NCBI GenBank assembly: GCA_040767085.1
Contig: JAXGPF010000005.1
Location: forward strand, 32,001-96,000
DNA length: 64,000 nucleotides
Origin: Kiritimatiellia bacterium
Lineage (GTDB): Bacteria > Verrucomicrobiota > Kiritimatiellia > JAAZAB01
Direction of reading: 5' to 3'
Each line of letters opens with the position of its first letter. The stretch's first letter is position 1. The notes under the pieces are model-generated. The model ran no database searches. It was given only the letters and a program-made list of their open reading frames with translations, and was not told the origin of the DNA. The position numbers and the translations under genes are program-made. Shown one piece after another: positions 8,777-18,389 of the stretch.

Positions 8777-10438
8777 TCAATTAAACATTACAGCTTGGGA
8801 AAAAAGCATATCCACTATTGGAATCGGCGCAGGCTCGCGCTTGTCGGAATCGACCGTTCCGCTGTAACCGCCCCCGCGAAAATCGTGCAGGCGGCTGATC
8901 TCCAGCACGTTCATGGATGCCATGGTCTCCGCCGTGAGCGGTTGGCCCTGGCAATGTGTTGCGGGATAAGCAAAGGCTTCGATTCTCACATATTTTTCCA
9001 GGATGCGGCCGGCGGGATCGCGGGAGAGTGTGTAAGCCGCCTGCGGCTGGTTTTCAATGAGGGCCACACCTTGGTCGGTGATGAAACGCACCTGCACGCG
9101 CGGCCTTTTGGTCTGATCCGCACCCGCCACTGCGACGGTTACCGCGGTGGGATTCCCGGTTTTATCCTTTTCCAGGGCGATACGGGCGAATCGGAAACTA
9201 CTGTAATCGTATGGCGGGGTTTTACGTCCCTGGCCATCGGTCGCCAGCGCGCCCAGCAGACCGTAAAAAGTTCCATTGCGGTAAGCGCGCGCGGCGTTAT
9301 GCTCCCTGGCCTCCCGGGAAAGCTCCCCGGACTCCGGCACCAGCAGTATGTTGCGGCCCCGGGCGTAAACAAAATGATCGCGCACAAAAAAACCAAAACA
9401 TCTTTGCCCGGTTGACAGCACTTCATCCCAGTGGTTGTAAAAAGCCAAGGTGCCCTTGCGGCCGAAAGCCAGGTGCTGGTTCCAAACCTCTATGCCCAGG
9501 ACGCGCGGATCGAATGCCAGCTTTTCGAGCGTGGCTTCCAGCGGGCCGCCCGTGTGGTTGAGGGTGATACCGCCCCCGTCCCTGAAGCGGAGACCTTCTA
9601 TCGGATGGCCCTGGCCATCTTGCATTGTGCCGTCAAGCGCCGCCTTATACGCATCGCGCCATGGCCGATGCACGCCCTGCCGCAGGACAAAGCGCAAGTC
9701 GGTAATTTCCTCCGGATTAAAATCGAACCGGACTTGCATCCGGCCGGATTCCGCCCGGAGATAGATTCTTCGCGTATTGACGGGGATGCTCCTTTTTTGC
9801 AGGTCGCTGTCCGGAGTGAGTTCGTAAGTTGCCGGGTCAACCTCGCGCGCGCCGGCTACCGCCAAGGTCATAGCCGCATCGGCTTTCCCGCTGATAAACA
9901 TGTCCAGGCGGTAAATGCTCAGCCATGGCTTTTTATCGTCATAGGGGTTCAGATTTTCGAACGCGTATGCCACGGGGGAAGTCCGGTTATTGCGGTATGA
10001 CGTTTTTGCGCTTTCGCCATGCCCGGTGGCGTAATAGCTGTCCAGCGTATTGAAATGGCCGGGACCGTGAGCGCTATGATGCTCGGCGTTGGGCGCCCAG
10101 AGGGCGTCCGGGTGCTGCGCCCGGAACTTCTCGGGCAAGGGTTGCGGTTTGGAAGGATAGTAGTTGGAAAAAGGGAAATGGCGAAATCCCATTTCCCAGA
10201 ATAGTTCGGGATTGACATCATAATCCGGCACGCGCCCGCCATGCTGATGGGAAAAGGAATGCAGATGTTCGACGCTGCTCCAGTCAACGTTTTCGTATGG
10301 GTTCATAATTCTGTTCGGGGCGGCGGATGCATGTTCCTGTCCCGCGGTTGGCCGGGTGAAGACAAGCCCGGAGTAAACAAACAGCGTCACCAATATGGCG
10401 CTATTTCTGCGAACCTGCCTTGGACGCATCATAATCAC
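8777..10438 (-). CDS. Secreted hypothetical protein, PHP-like metallo-hydrolase
   Basis: Signal-like N-terminus; dispersed metal-ligand motifs HLHSFSHQH, NAEHHS, LNHT, GIEVWN, VRDH. Confidence 0.6.
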   Translation of the reverse strand: MIMMRPRQVRRNSAILVTLFVYSGLVFTRPTAGQEHASAAPNRIMNPYENVDWSSVEHLHSFSHQHGGRVPDYDVNPELFWEMGFRHFPFSNYYPSKPQPLPEKFRAQHPDALWAPNAEHHSAHGPGHFNTLDSYYATGHGESAKTSYRNNRTSPVAYAFENLNPYDDKKPWLSIYRLDMFISGKADAAMTLAVAGAREVDPATYELTPDSDLQKRSIPVNTRRIYLRAESGRMQVRFDFNPEEITDLRFVLRQGVHRPWRDAYKAALDGTMQDGQGHPIEGLRFRDGGGITLNHTGGPLEATLEKLAFDPRVLGIEVWNQHLAFGRKGTLAFYNHWDEVLSTGQRCFGFFVRDHFVYARGRNILLVPESGELSREAREHNAARAYRNGTFYGLLGALATDGQGRKTPPYDYSSFRFARIALEKDKTGNPTAVTVAVAGADQTKRPRVQVRFITDQGVALIENQPQAAYTLSRDPAGRILEKYVRIEAFAYPATHCQGQPLTAETMASMNVLEISRLHDFRGGGYSGTVDSDKREPAPIPIVDMLFSQAVMFN

Positions 10439-10517
10439 TGTAATCCATCTCCCATGGAAATATTATGCCGGCAATATACGAGTTGTTTACAAAAGCCTGG
10501 CGCAATATGGATTTTTA

Positions 10518-10546
10518 GTTTTACGTTGAAAATCCAATCGTGTCAA
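10518..10546 (-). promoter_or_regulatory. Putative sigma70 promoter of PHP-like gene
   Basis: TTGACA-17 bp-TAAAAC on minus strand; the -35 overlaps the ISL3 target duplication. Confidence 0.45.
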
Positions 10547-10552
10547 ATTTAA

Positions 10553-12086
10553 GGCTCCTAACCAGAATTTGTGGGTAAAAAACAGGTTTTAAAGTTTAAG
10601 AAGTTCTCCAAGCAATGGCGCCAAAAGATGGTGGAGTTATTAACAGCCTGCCGCTTTGGGCGTTTGGCGGCCCCGCAGCAGCCTGATTAATAACTCCTGA
10701 TTGGCGCGATGGCGGAACGGAGATAAAGCGGCGGCAAAAAAATAGGCTGGCCTTTCCGTAATCCATTGCGTATGCAATGGGTGAACACAAAAAAAGGAGG
10801 ACCAGCCCAAGGTGAAACTTAAAACAATTTTGAATCGTTTGCAACCTTTGAAACGTTTTATTTATCAGGAAACTTGTATGGTTTTGGATCGTCGCGGCCA
10901 ATGGAAAGTGGATATAAGCATTCGTCCGCATCGCCAACGCGCGGCATGCTGCTCGCGTTGCGGGCGACCGCTGGCGACATACGACACTCTGCCTGAACGG
11001 ATATGGGCGTTTGTGCCCATTTTGAATGTGCCGGCTTTTTTGCATTATAGTCCGCGCCGGGTAAATTGCCCCGAACATGGCGTGGTGGTGGAAGCGCTGC
11101 CTTGGAGCGATGGCAAACGACCCTACAGCAAGGCGCTGATGCTTTTTTTGGGGAACTGGGCGCGGAGGTTGTCCTGGAAAGAGACGGCGCTGATTTTCAA
11201 AGTCAGTTGGCAGGCGGTTTATCGGTCGGTCGAGTGGATGGTGGAATGGGGCTTGGCGCACCGGGAATTGGCCAATATAACGGCGATTGGTGTTGATGAA
11301 CTCCACGTAGGCAACGGTAAAAAGAGCAAGAACTATCTGACCTTGATCTATCAGATTGATGCGCAATGCCGCCGATTGCTCTGGGTCGGCCAAACCCGCC
11401 GGGCGGCCGCGCTGCGTAAAGGGTTGCAATCTTTGGGAAAACCCGTGCTGGCCGGCATTCGACATATATGTAGCGATATGTGGCGACCTTATCTGAAAGT
11501 CATTGCTGCGAGCCTCAGCCACGGTTGCCACATGATTGACCGCTTCCATGTCGTGCAAACCTTGAATGCCGCCGTGGACGAGGTCCGGCGCCGGGATATG
11601 GCGGCGATGACAGCGCGTCCGGCGGCCAAGCAAAAACTCAAGAAAATGCGCTGGACCTTGCTGCGCCGCAAAACCCGCGTGCGCGGCAAAGCTCGCGAAA
11701 TGCTTGATCGGATATTGGGCACAAGACTGCAAACCGGCCGCGCCTATTTGTTCAAGGAAAGCTTTCAGCATTTTTGGAGCTATCACAGCCCAACCTGGGC
11801 GCGTAATTATCTCCAGGCATGGGTCAAGCGCGCCTGTCGTAGCCGCATTGCGCCAATCATTAAGGCGGCTAAAACCATTGCTAAACACGAGGAGCTGCTT
11901 TTGAACTGGATCAGAGCCAGAAACGAGGTTTTTACTGGCGCAACCGAGGGCTTGAACAATAAAGCTCGAGTGGTTACCAAACGATCTTATGGCTTCAGAA
12001 CTTTTCATGGCGCGGAAATGGCGCTATATCATACCCTTGGGCAATTGCCCGAACCGGTAATCACCCACAAATTCTGGTGAGGAAAC
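10553..12086 (+). mobile_element. ISL3-family insertion sequence
   Basis: 24-bp terminal IRs GGCTCCTAACCAGAATTTGTGGGT / GTTTCCTCACCAGAATTTGTGGGT (21/24); 8-bp direct repeat AAATTTAA at 10545-10552 and 12087-12094. Confidence 0.93.
10812..12080 (+). CDS. ISL3-family transposase
   Basis: Zn-finger CSRCG...CPEHG, IGVDE, CSDMW, DRFHVV, TEGLNNK, RSYGFR. Confidence 0.95.
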   Translation: MKLKTILNRLQPLKRFIYQETCMVLDRRGQWKVDISIRPHRQRAACCSRCGRPLATYDTLPERIWAFVPILNVPAFLHYSPRRVNCPEHGVVVEALPWSDGKRPYSKALMLFLGNWARRLSWKETALIFKVSWQAVYRSVEWMVEWGLAHRELANITAIGVDELHVGNGKKSKNYLTLIYQIDAQCRRLLWVGQTRRAAALRKGLQSLGKPVLAGIRHICSDMWRPYLKVIAASLSHGCHMIDRFHVVQTLNAAVDEVRRRDMAAMTARPAAKQKLKKMRWTLLRRKTRVRGKAREMLDRILGTRLQTGRAYLFKESFQHFWSYHSPTWARNYLQAWVKRACRSRIAPIIKAAKTIAKHEELLLNWIRARNEVFTGATEGLNNKARVVTKRSYGFRTFHGAEMALYHTLGQLPEPVITHKFW

Positions 12087-12285
12087 AAATTTAATAACTC
12101 TACGAATTTTGCTGAATTTTCACGTTTTTACTGTATTTGGACGGACGCGCCTGTTTACGGCCTTTACGCGCTATACGTTAATCTGCCTGGAGTGACAACA
12201 AGCGAAAACGGGATAAAACCAATGTTTGCCCAAATTTCAGCAAAACAAAGCATCCATTTTTAGACTTTTGAAACCAGATTAATGA

Positions 12286-13539
12286 TTATCTTGTTATTAA
12301 TCTGATCGCAATATTTTCACAACCGGCCGGCGGCGCATAATTTTCCAACCGGCTGATCGTTCGCCCGTTCGATTCCGCTATGATGTCATAATGGAAAAAG
12401 GTCGTCACGGGCACGCCATCCGCATCCGCCGCGATTATGCTGTGGGTTAAAATAATAGCGCGGGCATCGCCGGCGCCCGGCGTGCATCCATCCGTTCCGG
12501 TGATGGCGTAATTATTGGCGACCAGGTCTTCCCCCGTCTCGCGGGGTACGGCGCGCACGCGCGCCCGTGCGACAGGGTCACCGGCATCATTTTCCACACG
12601 GACTGCCACTTGCCGACGGAAAACGGCCCGGCTGCTTTGGCCAGGTTGCGCCGCGTAAACATCCGGCTGTGCGCCGGGAGCAACCTGGCAATCCGTCAAT
12701 TCAATCCGGCCGCCGCTGGTCAATTGCCAATTGCGCGCATTGCGTTCGAATCGGCAGCCATGCAAAAGGATGGTATTGCCCTGGATACCGGCAATAACCG
12801 TGGTGTTTTCCCGGAAACAGCAGCCTTCCGCCGCTTGATCCGGCGCGCTGAAAACAGATGCATTATTTTCGAAAATCGAATCGCGGATTGACGCGCGCTG
12901 CCGGGCGGCGCCAAATAAAGCGGCAGCGTTGAATCCGGCAACCAACGCGCGGTCCAGGGTGACCAGCCCTGACCAATAAGGGCGGGCTATTTCCCGCCGC
13001 CCGCTCGCCGATGCAAGCACACCATGATAAATATGCAACTCGCCGCCATAGCCGTTTTGCCACCCCCCACGTCCATCGGGCAACTTGCCGGAAACAATCG
13101 TGTGGTCTTTCCCGCCGATCTTAAGCGCCGCCCGGATGGCGGAGTTTGTGCGGTTGCCCAAGGTCAAGCGGTTGACGCACGCGGGAGCGTATCGGTCGTT
13201 CACGCCGACCACCAGATAAGGCGCAAGAATCAAAGTTCCGTTCAGGATCAAAGTTTCGTTGGCCAACAGTGGACATCCGATTTGCATCCACGTTTCAGAA
13301 CCGTCATTCCGGCCAACCTGCAGGTTGGCGTCAACGGTATATGTTTGCGCGCCGGCATCCTTCCGTACCAGGTTCCAACCATTGGCGCGGTCAGCGCGCA
13401 ACAGTGACTCCAGTCGCGCCGGCGCTGACTCGGCAAAGTCAGCCACAATCATCGTGCGCGTACCGGACTCAAAAACGACTGTCGCCGGCAAGGGGAGGCT
13501 GATCAACAGGCATGCCAGACAGGCAATAATTTTACCCAT
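12286..13539 (-). CDS. Secreted hypothetical protein with short beta-helix repeats
   Basis: Signal peptide MGKIIACLACLLISLPLPA; S/CxFxxN repeats; C-terminal Ig-like segment (VRVENDAGDPVARARV). Confidence 0.65.
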   Translation of the reverse strand: MGKIIACLACLLISLPLPATVVFESGTRTMIVADFAESAPARLESLLRADRANGWNLVRKDAGAQTYTVDANLQVGRNDGSETWMQIGCPLLANETLILNGTLILAPYLVVGVNDRYAPACVNRLTLGNRTNSAIRAALKIGGKDHTIVSGKLPDGRGGWQNGYGGELHIYHGVLASASGRREIARPYWSGLVTLDRALVAGFNAAALFGAARQRASIRDSIFENNASVFSAPDQAAEGCCFRENTTVIAGIQGNTILLHGCRFERNARNWQLTSGGRIELTDCQVAPGAQPDVYAAQPGQSSRAVFRRQVAVRVENDAGDPVARARVRAVPRETGEDLVANNYAITGTDGCTPGAGDARAIILTHSIIAADADGVPVTTFFHYDIIAESNGRTISRLENYAPPAGCENIAIRLITR

Positions 13540-13545
13540 ATTACC

Positions 13546-13858
13546 ACCTGAATCCGTTATGAGGTCGGGATGCCGCATCCCGCTGGAAGTGCGACAAGAA
13601 TACGCGGCGCGAAGGATGAAGCTGGATCAACATATCCCGCGATAGCGGGACAAGCTGCAAGTTTATCCCGCGAGCGGGATTTATCCCGCACAGCGGGATT
13701 CTTCGCAATAGAGCAGATGCGGCATAATGGCCTCACCCGCAGGGCGGTCTTTCCCGTCAAACCGAGCCGTGCTTTTTTGGTGATATTGTAAAACGCCATA
13801 AATTGTTGTTTATTCAGGCATTATCTTAACAATATAAAATCCCGCCACGGATTCAGGT
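13546..13858. repeat. MITE-like or structured intergenic element with 12-bp terminal inverted repeats
   Basis: ACCTGAATCCGT (13546-13557) and its exact reverse complement (13847-13858) enclose several (A)TCCCGC-n-GCGGGA(T) hairpins. Confidence 0.55.
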
Positions 13859-13872
13859 TGCATTGCCGCGGG

Positions 13873-16800
13873 TTATGGCTCGAATTCCGTCGCCGCAGCG
13901 CCGCGTTCTATCTGCAACCCATCCACCCAGACAGTGCTGCTGGCATCGGACACAAAATGCACTCCCAGCATGCTGGCGCCCGACCCGGCTTCGAAAGCCA
14001 CACTGCAGCGTTGCCATTGGCGTTGCAGTTGGAAAGAAGTGTCGCCTTTTCCGCCGGCGCGCAGCTTGGCGGTCACGCCCTCTCGATCCGCGCGCAGCCA
14101 GGCGGAAAATACATATTTTTCCGGCGTCATATGGCTGGTATGCAAATTGATATAAATAAACCGCCAGCTACCGCCATCCGCAATCATTTCCAGACATTTA
14201 GCGCCATGGTACGGAGCATTGGTGGTCAACCCCCACACTTGATTGGAACCGCCAATGCGTTCCCAGGGCTTCAGCGGCGTTCCTGTCTGGCGCCAGTAAT
14301 CGGGACGGCCGGGAATGGATTCCTCTTCCAAACTCGGATTCGGCGCCAGGTTTTTCATATCAACCCGCCCCGCCCGCCCGTAAGTCGGCGTCCGCGGCGG
14401 CGGCATGCCCCGCGGCTGCATGGCGACCCCGATGGCAAGCGCCCCGTCTAGCACGGAATCATGGCCGGCTTTTTGTATATGATAGGCGCGCACTCCCAGC
14501 GGTTCCAGTTGATCATCAAAGGCGCCGGCGGTAACGGGATAAGCAGCCGCCAGGAAAAGTTCTTGAATGGCTTCGGCGCGCTCAAACAGGGGGGAATCGT
14601 ATCGCACCGCAACCGGGTAATCGGCGACATTGGCGGCCAGCAAGATAAAGCCCCCGTCCGGGTCGCGCTTCAGCGCAACATGTACATCCGGCATGCGCCG
14701 GGCGTCAAAATCATACGGCCCGCCGGAATAATTCACGGTTTGGGGCAGATCCGGTTCCAGGCATGCGGGACTTAACCGCCGCAGGCGCCGTGCCAATTCG
14801 CGCAGCGTATCCCAGTTAGCCTGAGCGCGCTCCGGGTAGCAGAAATATCCGATGCCTTTGACGCCGTGGATCAAAGCCAGGTAGGTTTGGCACACCTGCT
14901 CGGCGGGCAGCAAGGCGCGCTTGACGATCCCGCTGTATTCGGCGCCCTGCATGACGACCAGGGGCACCACGCGCATCCGCCGCGCTTTCAGCCGCAAGTG
15001 ATGCGCCATCCAAGCGACATAATCAATAGTGCCGTTGACGCCTGCATGTTCCGGCGTCCAGTATGGATCAATCCCCAACATATCCGCCCAATCAAACCAG
15101 TCATCCGAACATTGGTACACGCCCGGATTACAATTGAGAAAAACCGGATGGTAGCCGTCCAGTTTTTTTATCCGGCGATAGAATTCCCGGCCGACGGGAA
15201 TCTGGCCGTAATTGATATTCAACAACGGCTCGTCGAAAATGAAACAAGCGGCCAGCGCCGGATGCCGCATTCCCGCCTGCAATACCGCCGCAAGATAAGG
15301 CATCTGATTGTCAAGATACTCCAGCAATACTGCGGTTTTAACTTGCGCAGCGCGTCCGGGAATGGCGGAGAGAATGACATCTTTGCTGCGGATGCCCAAC
15401 GAGCAGGTGGCATGTTGCAAGGCGCGGTTGACCGCATGCAGTTCCTCCGGATTCAGTAGTTGATCCCGGTTTTTGACCTTGGTGCGGGCGTTGAACGGCG
15501 TATAATTCATATCCACAGCCGCAATGACTTTCAGACCATGCCGCGCCGCGGCATCCAGGTATGCCTGCATATCTTTAACTTGATCGCCCTCAGGATCGCT
15601 GCGGTCGCCCGCCGGCTGATATGACCATTGGTACATGGTGTTAAAACCGGCGTCCGCTATTTCGGCGAAAGCATAATCATCCGCCGGCGTAATGCCGGCC
15701 ATGATCATCCCGCACGGAAAAAACGGCTTGCCGTTGTCAAGCAGCCGTTGATTGGCCCGATCCACTTTCCACTCGCAACCCGGGCGCGGAGCGCGCTTAA
15801 TCAGCGGCAGTGCCAGCACCGACCCGGCGCCGCCATCCGCCAGCACGAGTTCCAAGTGCAATTGGTGTTCCCCCGCCGGCACCCGATCGAGCGGCACGGC
15901 AAAATCCAACCGGGGGGGTGGCGCGTCCAGACTAGCCAGCACCTGCGCTCCCAGCCGCGCCTGGAGATGGAGATCGCGCAAGGTTTCCGCCGGCATTCCG
16001 ATACGGCAAGCGGCATACGCCGCCGATTCCGTCGTGTAATAATCGCGGTCTAACTCTGCCGCGAACAGGTTCAGTACGCCAGCATCTGCGATAGCCAGCT
16101 TTTGCCAGGTCTCGCGTGTCGTACCGTCCACCAAACACACCGTGACGGCGCGTTCCGTCATGGCCGCGACCGGAACCGGCACACGCGCCGACAGCATGAC
16201 AGCGCTGCCATCCGCGAAAACAACCTTTTCAGCCAGAGTGCTTTCGCCATGGCGGGGTTCGTCCTTCACGGCAATGAGCACGGTCCCGGTGGCAGAACTG
16301 AACAACTGCAAGTCGGCCTGAATGTCATAAAAAGCCGTCCCATTGGTGACATAATACTGACTGACTTCCGCCGATTTAATATAGGGCAGCAAAGGCGCAA
16401 CCAGGCTATTTATTTCCAAATCGAGCAGGCGCCCGAAACGCGCCGCCTCCGTCCAGGCGTTGGCGGGTGAACTGCCTGAAAGCGCCGCCCAACTGAGGCA
16501 TTCGCGCTCTGCACCAATTTTCACCCGGCAAGCGTCGCGGTAAACGCGGAAACAATCAATGATAAAATTCATCCGAGCTTGCTCGGGGTGACCTACCTCG
16601 GTCAGAAGCGCAAGCGGCAGCGCAATTTCAACTTGCCAGCCCCGGGGATCGGTTGTCACCGCCGATTTCCATGGAATATTCCATTCCTCGCGTTCGCGGC
16701 CCTTATCCGTAGTCACCCGGAAATCGGCCCGGGTGTTGGCTTTATTGACTAGAAACTGATAAAACATTTGGCCGCCCGTGCCGGGATCGAAGGAAACCTG

Positions 16801-17133
16801 CACATTATCTTCGCGTTGCACAGGCTGGTCGTGTGATAAATAAAGCGGCGGATCGCGCTGATCTTCCGGTTGGTCAACCGTGAAAGCCGCGTAAAGCCAG
16901 CGGCTGTCACGCAAAACGCGCACATAATGCCTGCGGACGGCGCCGGAGTCTCCTCCAACCTGACGAAATTCATCCACCAGCGCGGCTGCCGACCAGCAAG
17001 CATCCGTTATAATCCCGTCAATGAGCGGCGCTTCCATGGCGCATGGAACCCGGATTTCGGGGATACCGCCGGCGCCGGCGCGCATGGCCAGAGCAAACAG
17101 ACCGATTTTCACATATTGGCTCAAATCACGCAT
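13873..17133 (-). CDS. Large secreted carbohydrate-active-like protein (CBM9-like N-domain, putative glycosidase barrel, CBM4/9-like C-domain)
   Basis: APLIDGIITDACW...WLYAAF...EDNVQVSFDP...WQVEIALP; AGFNT, FIFDEP, LIHGVKGIGYF; NLAPNPSLE...VWVDGLQIERG. Confidence 0.7.
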   Translation of the reverse strand: MRDLSQYVKIGLFALAMRAGAGGIPEIRVPCAMEAPLIDGIITDACWSAAALVDEFRQVGGDSGAVRRHYVRVLRDSRWLYAAFTVDQPEDQRDPPLYLSHDQPVQREDNVQVSFDPGTGGQMFYQFLVNKANTRADFRVTTDKGREREEWNIPWKSAVTTDPRGWQVEIALPLALLTEVGHPEQARMNFIIDCFRVYRDACRVKIGAERECLSWAALSGSSPANAWTEAARFGRLLDLEINSLVAPLLPYIKSAEVSQYYVTNGTAFYDIQADLQLFSSATGTVLIAVKDEPRHGESTLAEKVVFADGSAVMLSARVPVPVAAMTERAVTVCLVDGTTRETWQKLAIADAGVLNLFAAELDRDYYTTESAAYAACRIGMPAETLRDLHLQARLGAQVLASLDAPPPRLDFAVPLDRVPAGEHQLHLELVLADGGAGSVLALPLIKRAPRPGCEWKVDRANQRLLDNGKPFFPCGMIMAGITPADDYAFAEIADAGFNTMYQWSYQPAGDRSDPEGDQVKDMQAYLDAAARHGLKVIAAVDMNYTPFNARTKVKNRDQLLNPEELHAVNRALQHATCSLGIRSKDVILSAIPGRAAQVKTAVLLEYLDNQMPYLAAVLQAGMRHPALAACFIFDEPLLNINYGQIPVGREFYRRIKKLDGYHPVFLNCNPGVYQCSDDWFDWADMLGIDPYWTPEHAGVNGTIDYVAWMAHHLRLKARRMRVVPLVVMQGAEYSGIVKRALLPAEQVCQTYLALIHGVKGIGYFCYPERAQANWDTLRELARRLRRLSPACLEPDLPQTVNYSGGPYDFDARRMPDVHVALKRDPDGGFILLAANVADYPVAVRYDSPLFERAEAIQELFLAAAYPVTAGAFDDQLEPLGVRAYHIQKAGHDSVLDGALAIGVAMQPRGMPPPRTPTYGRAGRVDMKNLAPNPSLEEESIPGRPDYWRQTGTPLKPWERIGGSNQVWGLTTNAPYHGAKCLEMIADGGSWRFIYINLHTSHMTPEKYVFSAWLRADREGVTAKLRAGGKGDTSFQLQRQWQRCSVAFEAGSGASMLGVHFVSDASSTVWVDGLQIERGAAATEFEP

Positions 17134-17340
17134 GCATATCCCGTTTGATGTCAGACGGCACTCCGCCGCGGTATGCTGGCAGTCTTTGGACAGCCGTTGC
17201 GATTGAAGGTATTCCTGCCGGCAATTTTCCGCAACTGGAAAAACTTGCTTTTTTGTGGAAAATATTGCTGCCCCGGTCAGACCGCTGCCTGGTCAGTGCG
17301 CCAAGGGGTGACGGGCATGCAGTTCCGCGGCCGGGCGCCG

Positions 17341-18252
17341 TCATTTCCGCCGGCCCGGGGTGGTCATCAGCCAGACGCCCAGCAACACTCCGGCAAAGGC
17401 AATCCCAAATGTGAGCGTCAGCCGTTCCTTCACCAGCAGCATGGCCAGGGCGGCGGTGATCATGGTGGAAATATAGCCAAACGCCCCCAGTTCGCCGGCC
17501 TTGAGATATTTTAAAGCGCTGAACCAGGCCACGTAGGCCAATCCGGAAGCGCCCACCCCCAGGTAAGCCATGCCCCACCAGACCGGCGCCGGCAGGGCCG
17601 GCAACACCGGGCGGCCGGTAGCCAGCAGAAACGCCAGGGTAAGCGCGGTGCCTGCCAGCATGGCGGCGGAGGCGCTGATCAAGCCGCCATATTGCCGGGT
17701 CACGCCGTTGCCGCCGACCGTATAAGCCGACCAACAGACCGCCGACATCAGCGCCAGCAGATCGCCAACGTAACTGCTGCGATCCATGAACTGGTCGCTG
17801 CCGGCCTGGCCGCCCATGCCCAGGATCATCGCCAGCAGGCCCACGGCCATCCCGGCGGCCATGCGCCGGGTGATGGGCTCTTTCAGCAGCATGGCGGCAA
17901 TCAGCACCGTCAAAATCGGCGAAGCGTTGGCGAACAAACAACTGCGCGCCGCCGTCGTGTATTGCAGGGAATAAAACTGCAGGGCGCCTTCCCCGAAAAC
18001 CCCGGTCAGGCCCAGGAAGGCGAAAGTCCAGCCATGCCGGCCCAGGGCGCGGAACAATTCCCGGCCGCGTCCCAATGCCGCCGCCAGCCCCACAAAAAAC
18101 ACGCTGGCCATCAGAAACCTGAGAAATGTCAGGGTTAACGGATCAACCGTGAAATTGCCGAAAAGCAGGCGGGTCACCACATACAAACTCGCCCAGAATA
18201 TCGTCGCCAGCAATCCCAACCCCAACCCCGCCAGCCGTGCGCGCGCGATCAT
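17341..18252 (-). CDS. EamA/DMT family transporter
   Basis: About 10 hydrophobic segments in two EamA repeats (FLRFLMA, LLKEPIT, GDLLAL, LVKERLT). Confidence 0.9.
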   Translation of the reverse strand: MIARARLAGLGLGLLATIFWASLYVVTRLLFGNFTVDPLTLTFLRFLMASVFFVGLAAALGRGRELFRALGRHGWTFAFLGLTGVFGEGALQFYSLQYTTAARSCLFANASPILTVLIAAMLLKEPITRRMAAGMAVGLLAMILGMGGQAGSDQFMDRSSYVGDLLALMSAVCWSAYTVGGNGVTRQYGGLISASAAMLAGTALTLAFLLATGRPVLPALPAPVWWGMAYLGVGASGLAYVAWFSALKYLKAGELGAFGYISTMITAALAMLLVKERLTLTFGIAFAGVLLGVWLMTTPGRRK

Positions 18253-18389
18253 GTCAGCTCCGTTCACTATGAAAATTGTCCGACTTCGTTTACCGCCGGC
18301 GCCGTCCCGTCGCATCCTGGCGGCCAGAAACCGGCAGGCGCAAAATGCAGGGCAGATCAGCCTTATAATGCGGCGCGGGAGCGGCGTCT

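Noticed and set aside
10596-12008. 470-aa ORF antisense to the ISL3 transposase
   Set aside because: Shadow ORF with no recognisable motifs; the opposite strand is a clear transposase
12107-12245. Inverted repeat TTTTGCTGAATTTT / AAATTTCAGCAAAA ~110 bp apart
   Set aside because: AT-rich and imperfect, with no target duplication or second copy; may be chance
13635-13699. Hairpin cluster as a CRISPR array
   Set aside because: Repeats are too short, spacers are 2-14 bp and irregular, and there are no cas genes
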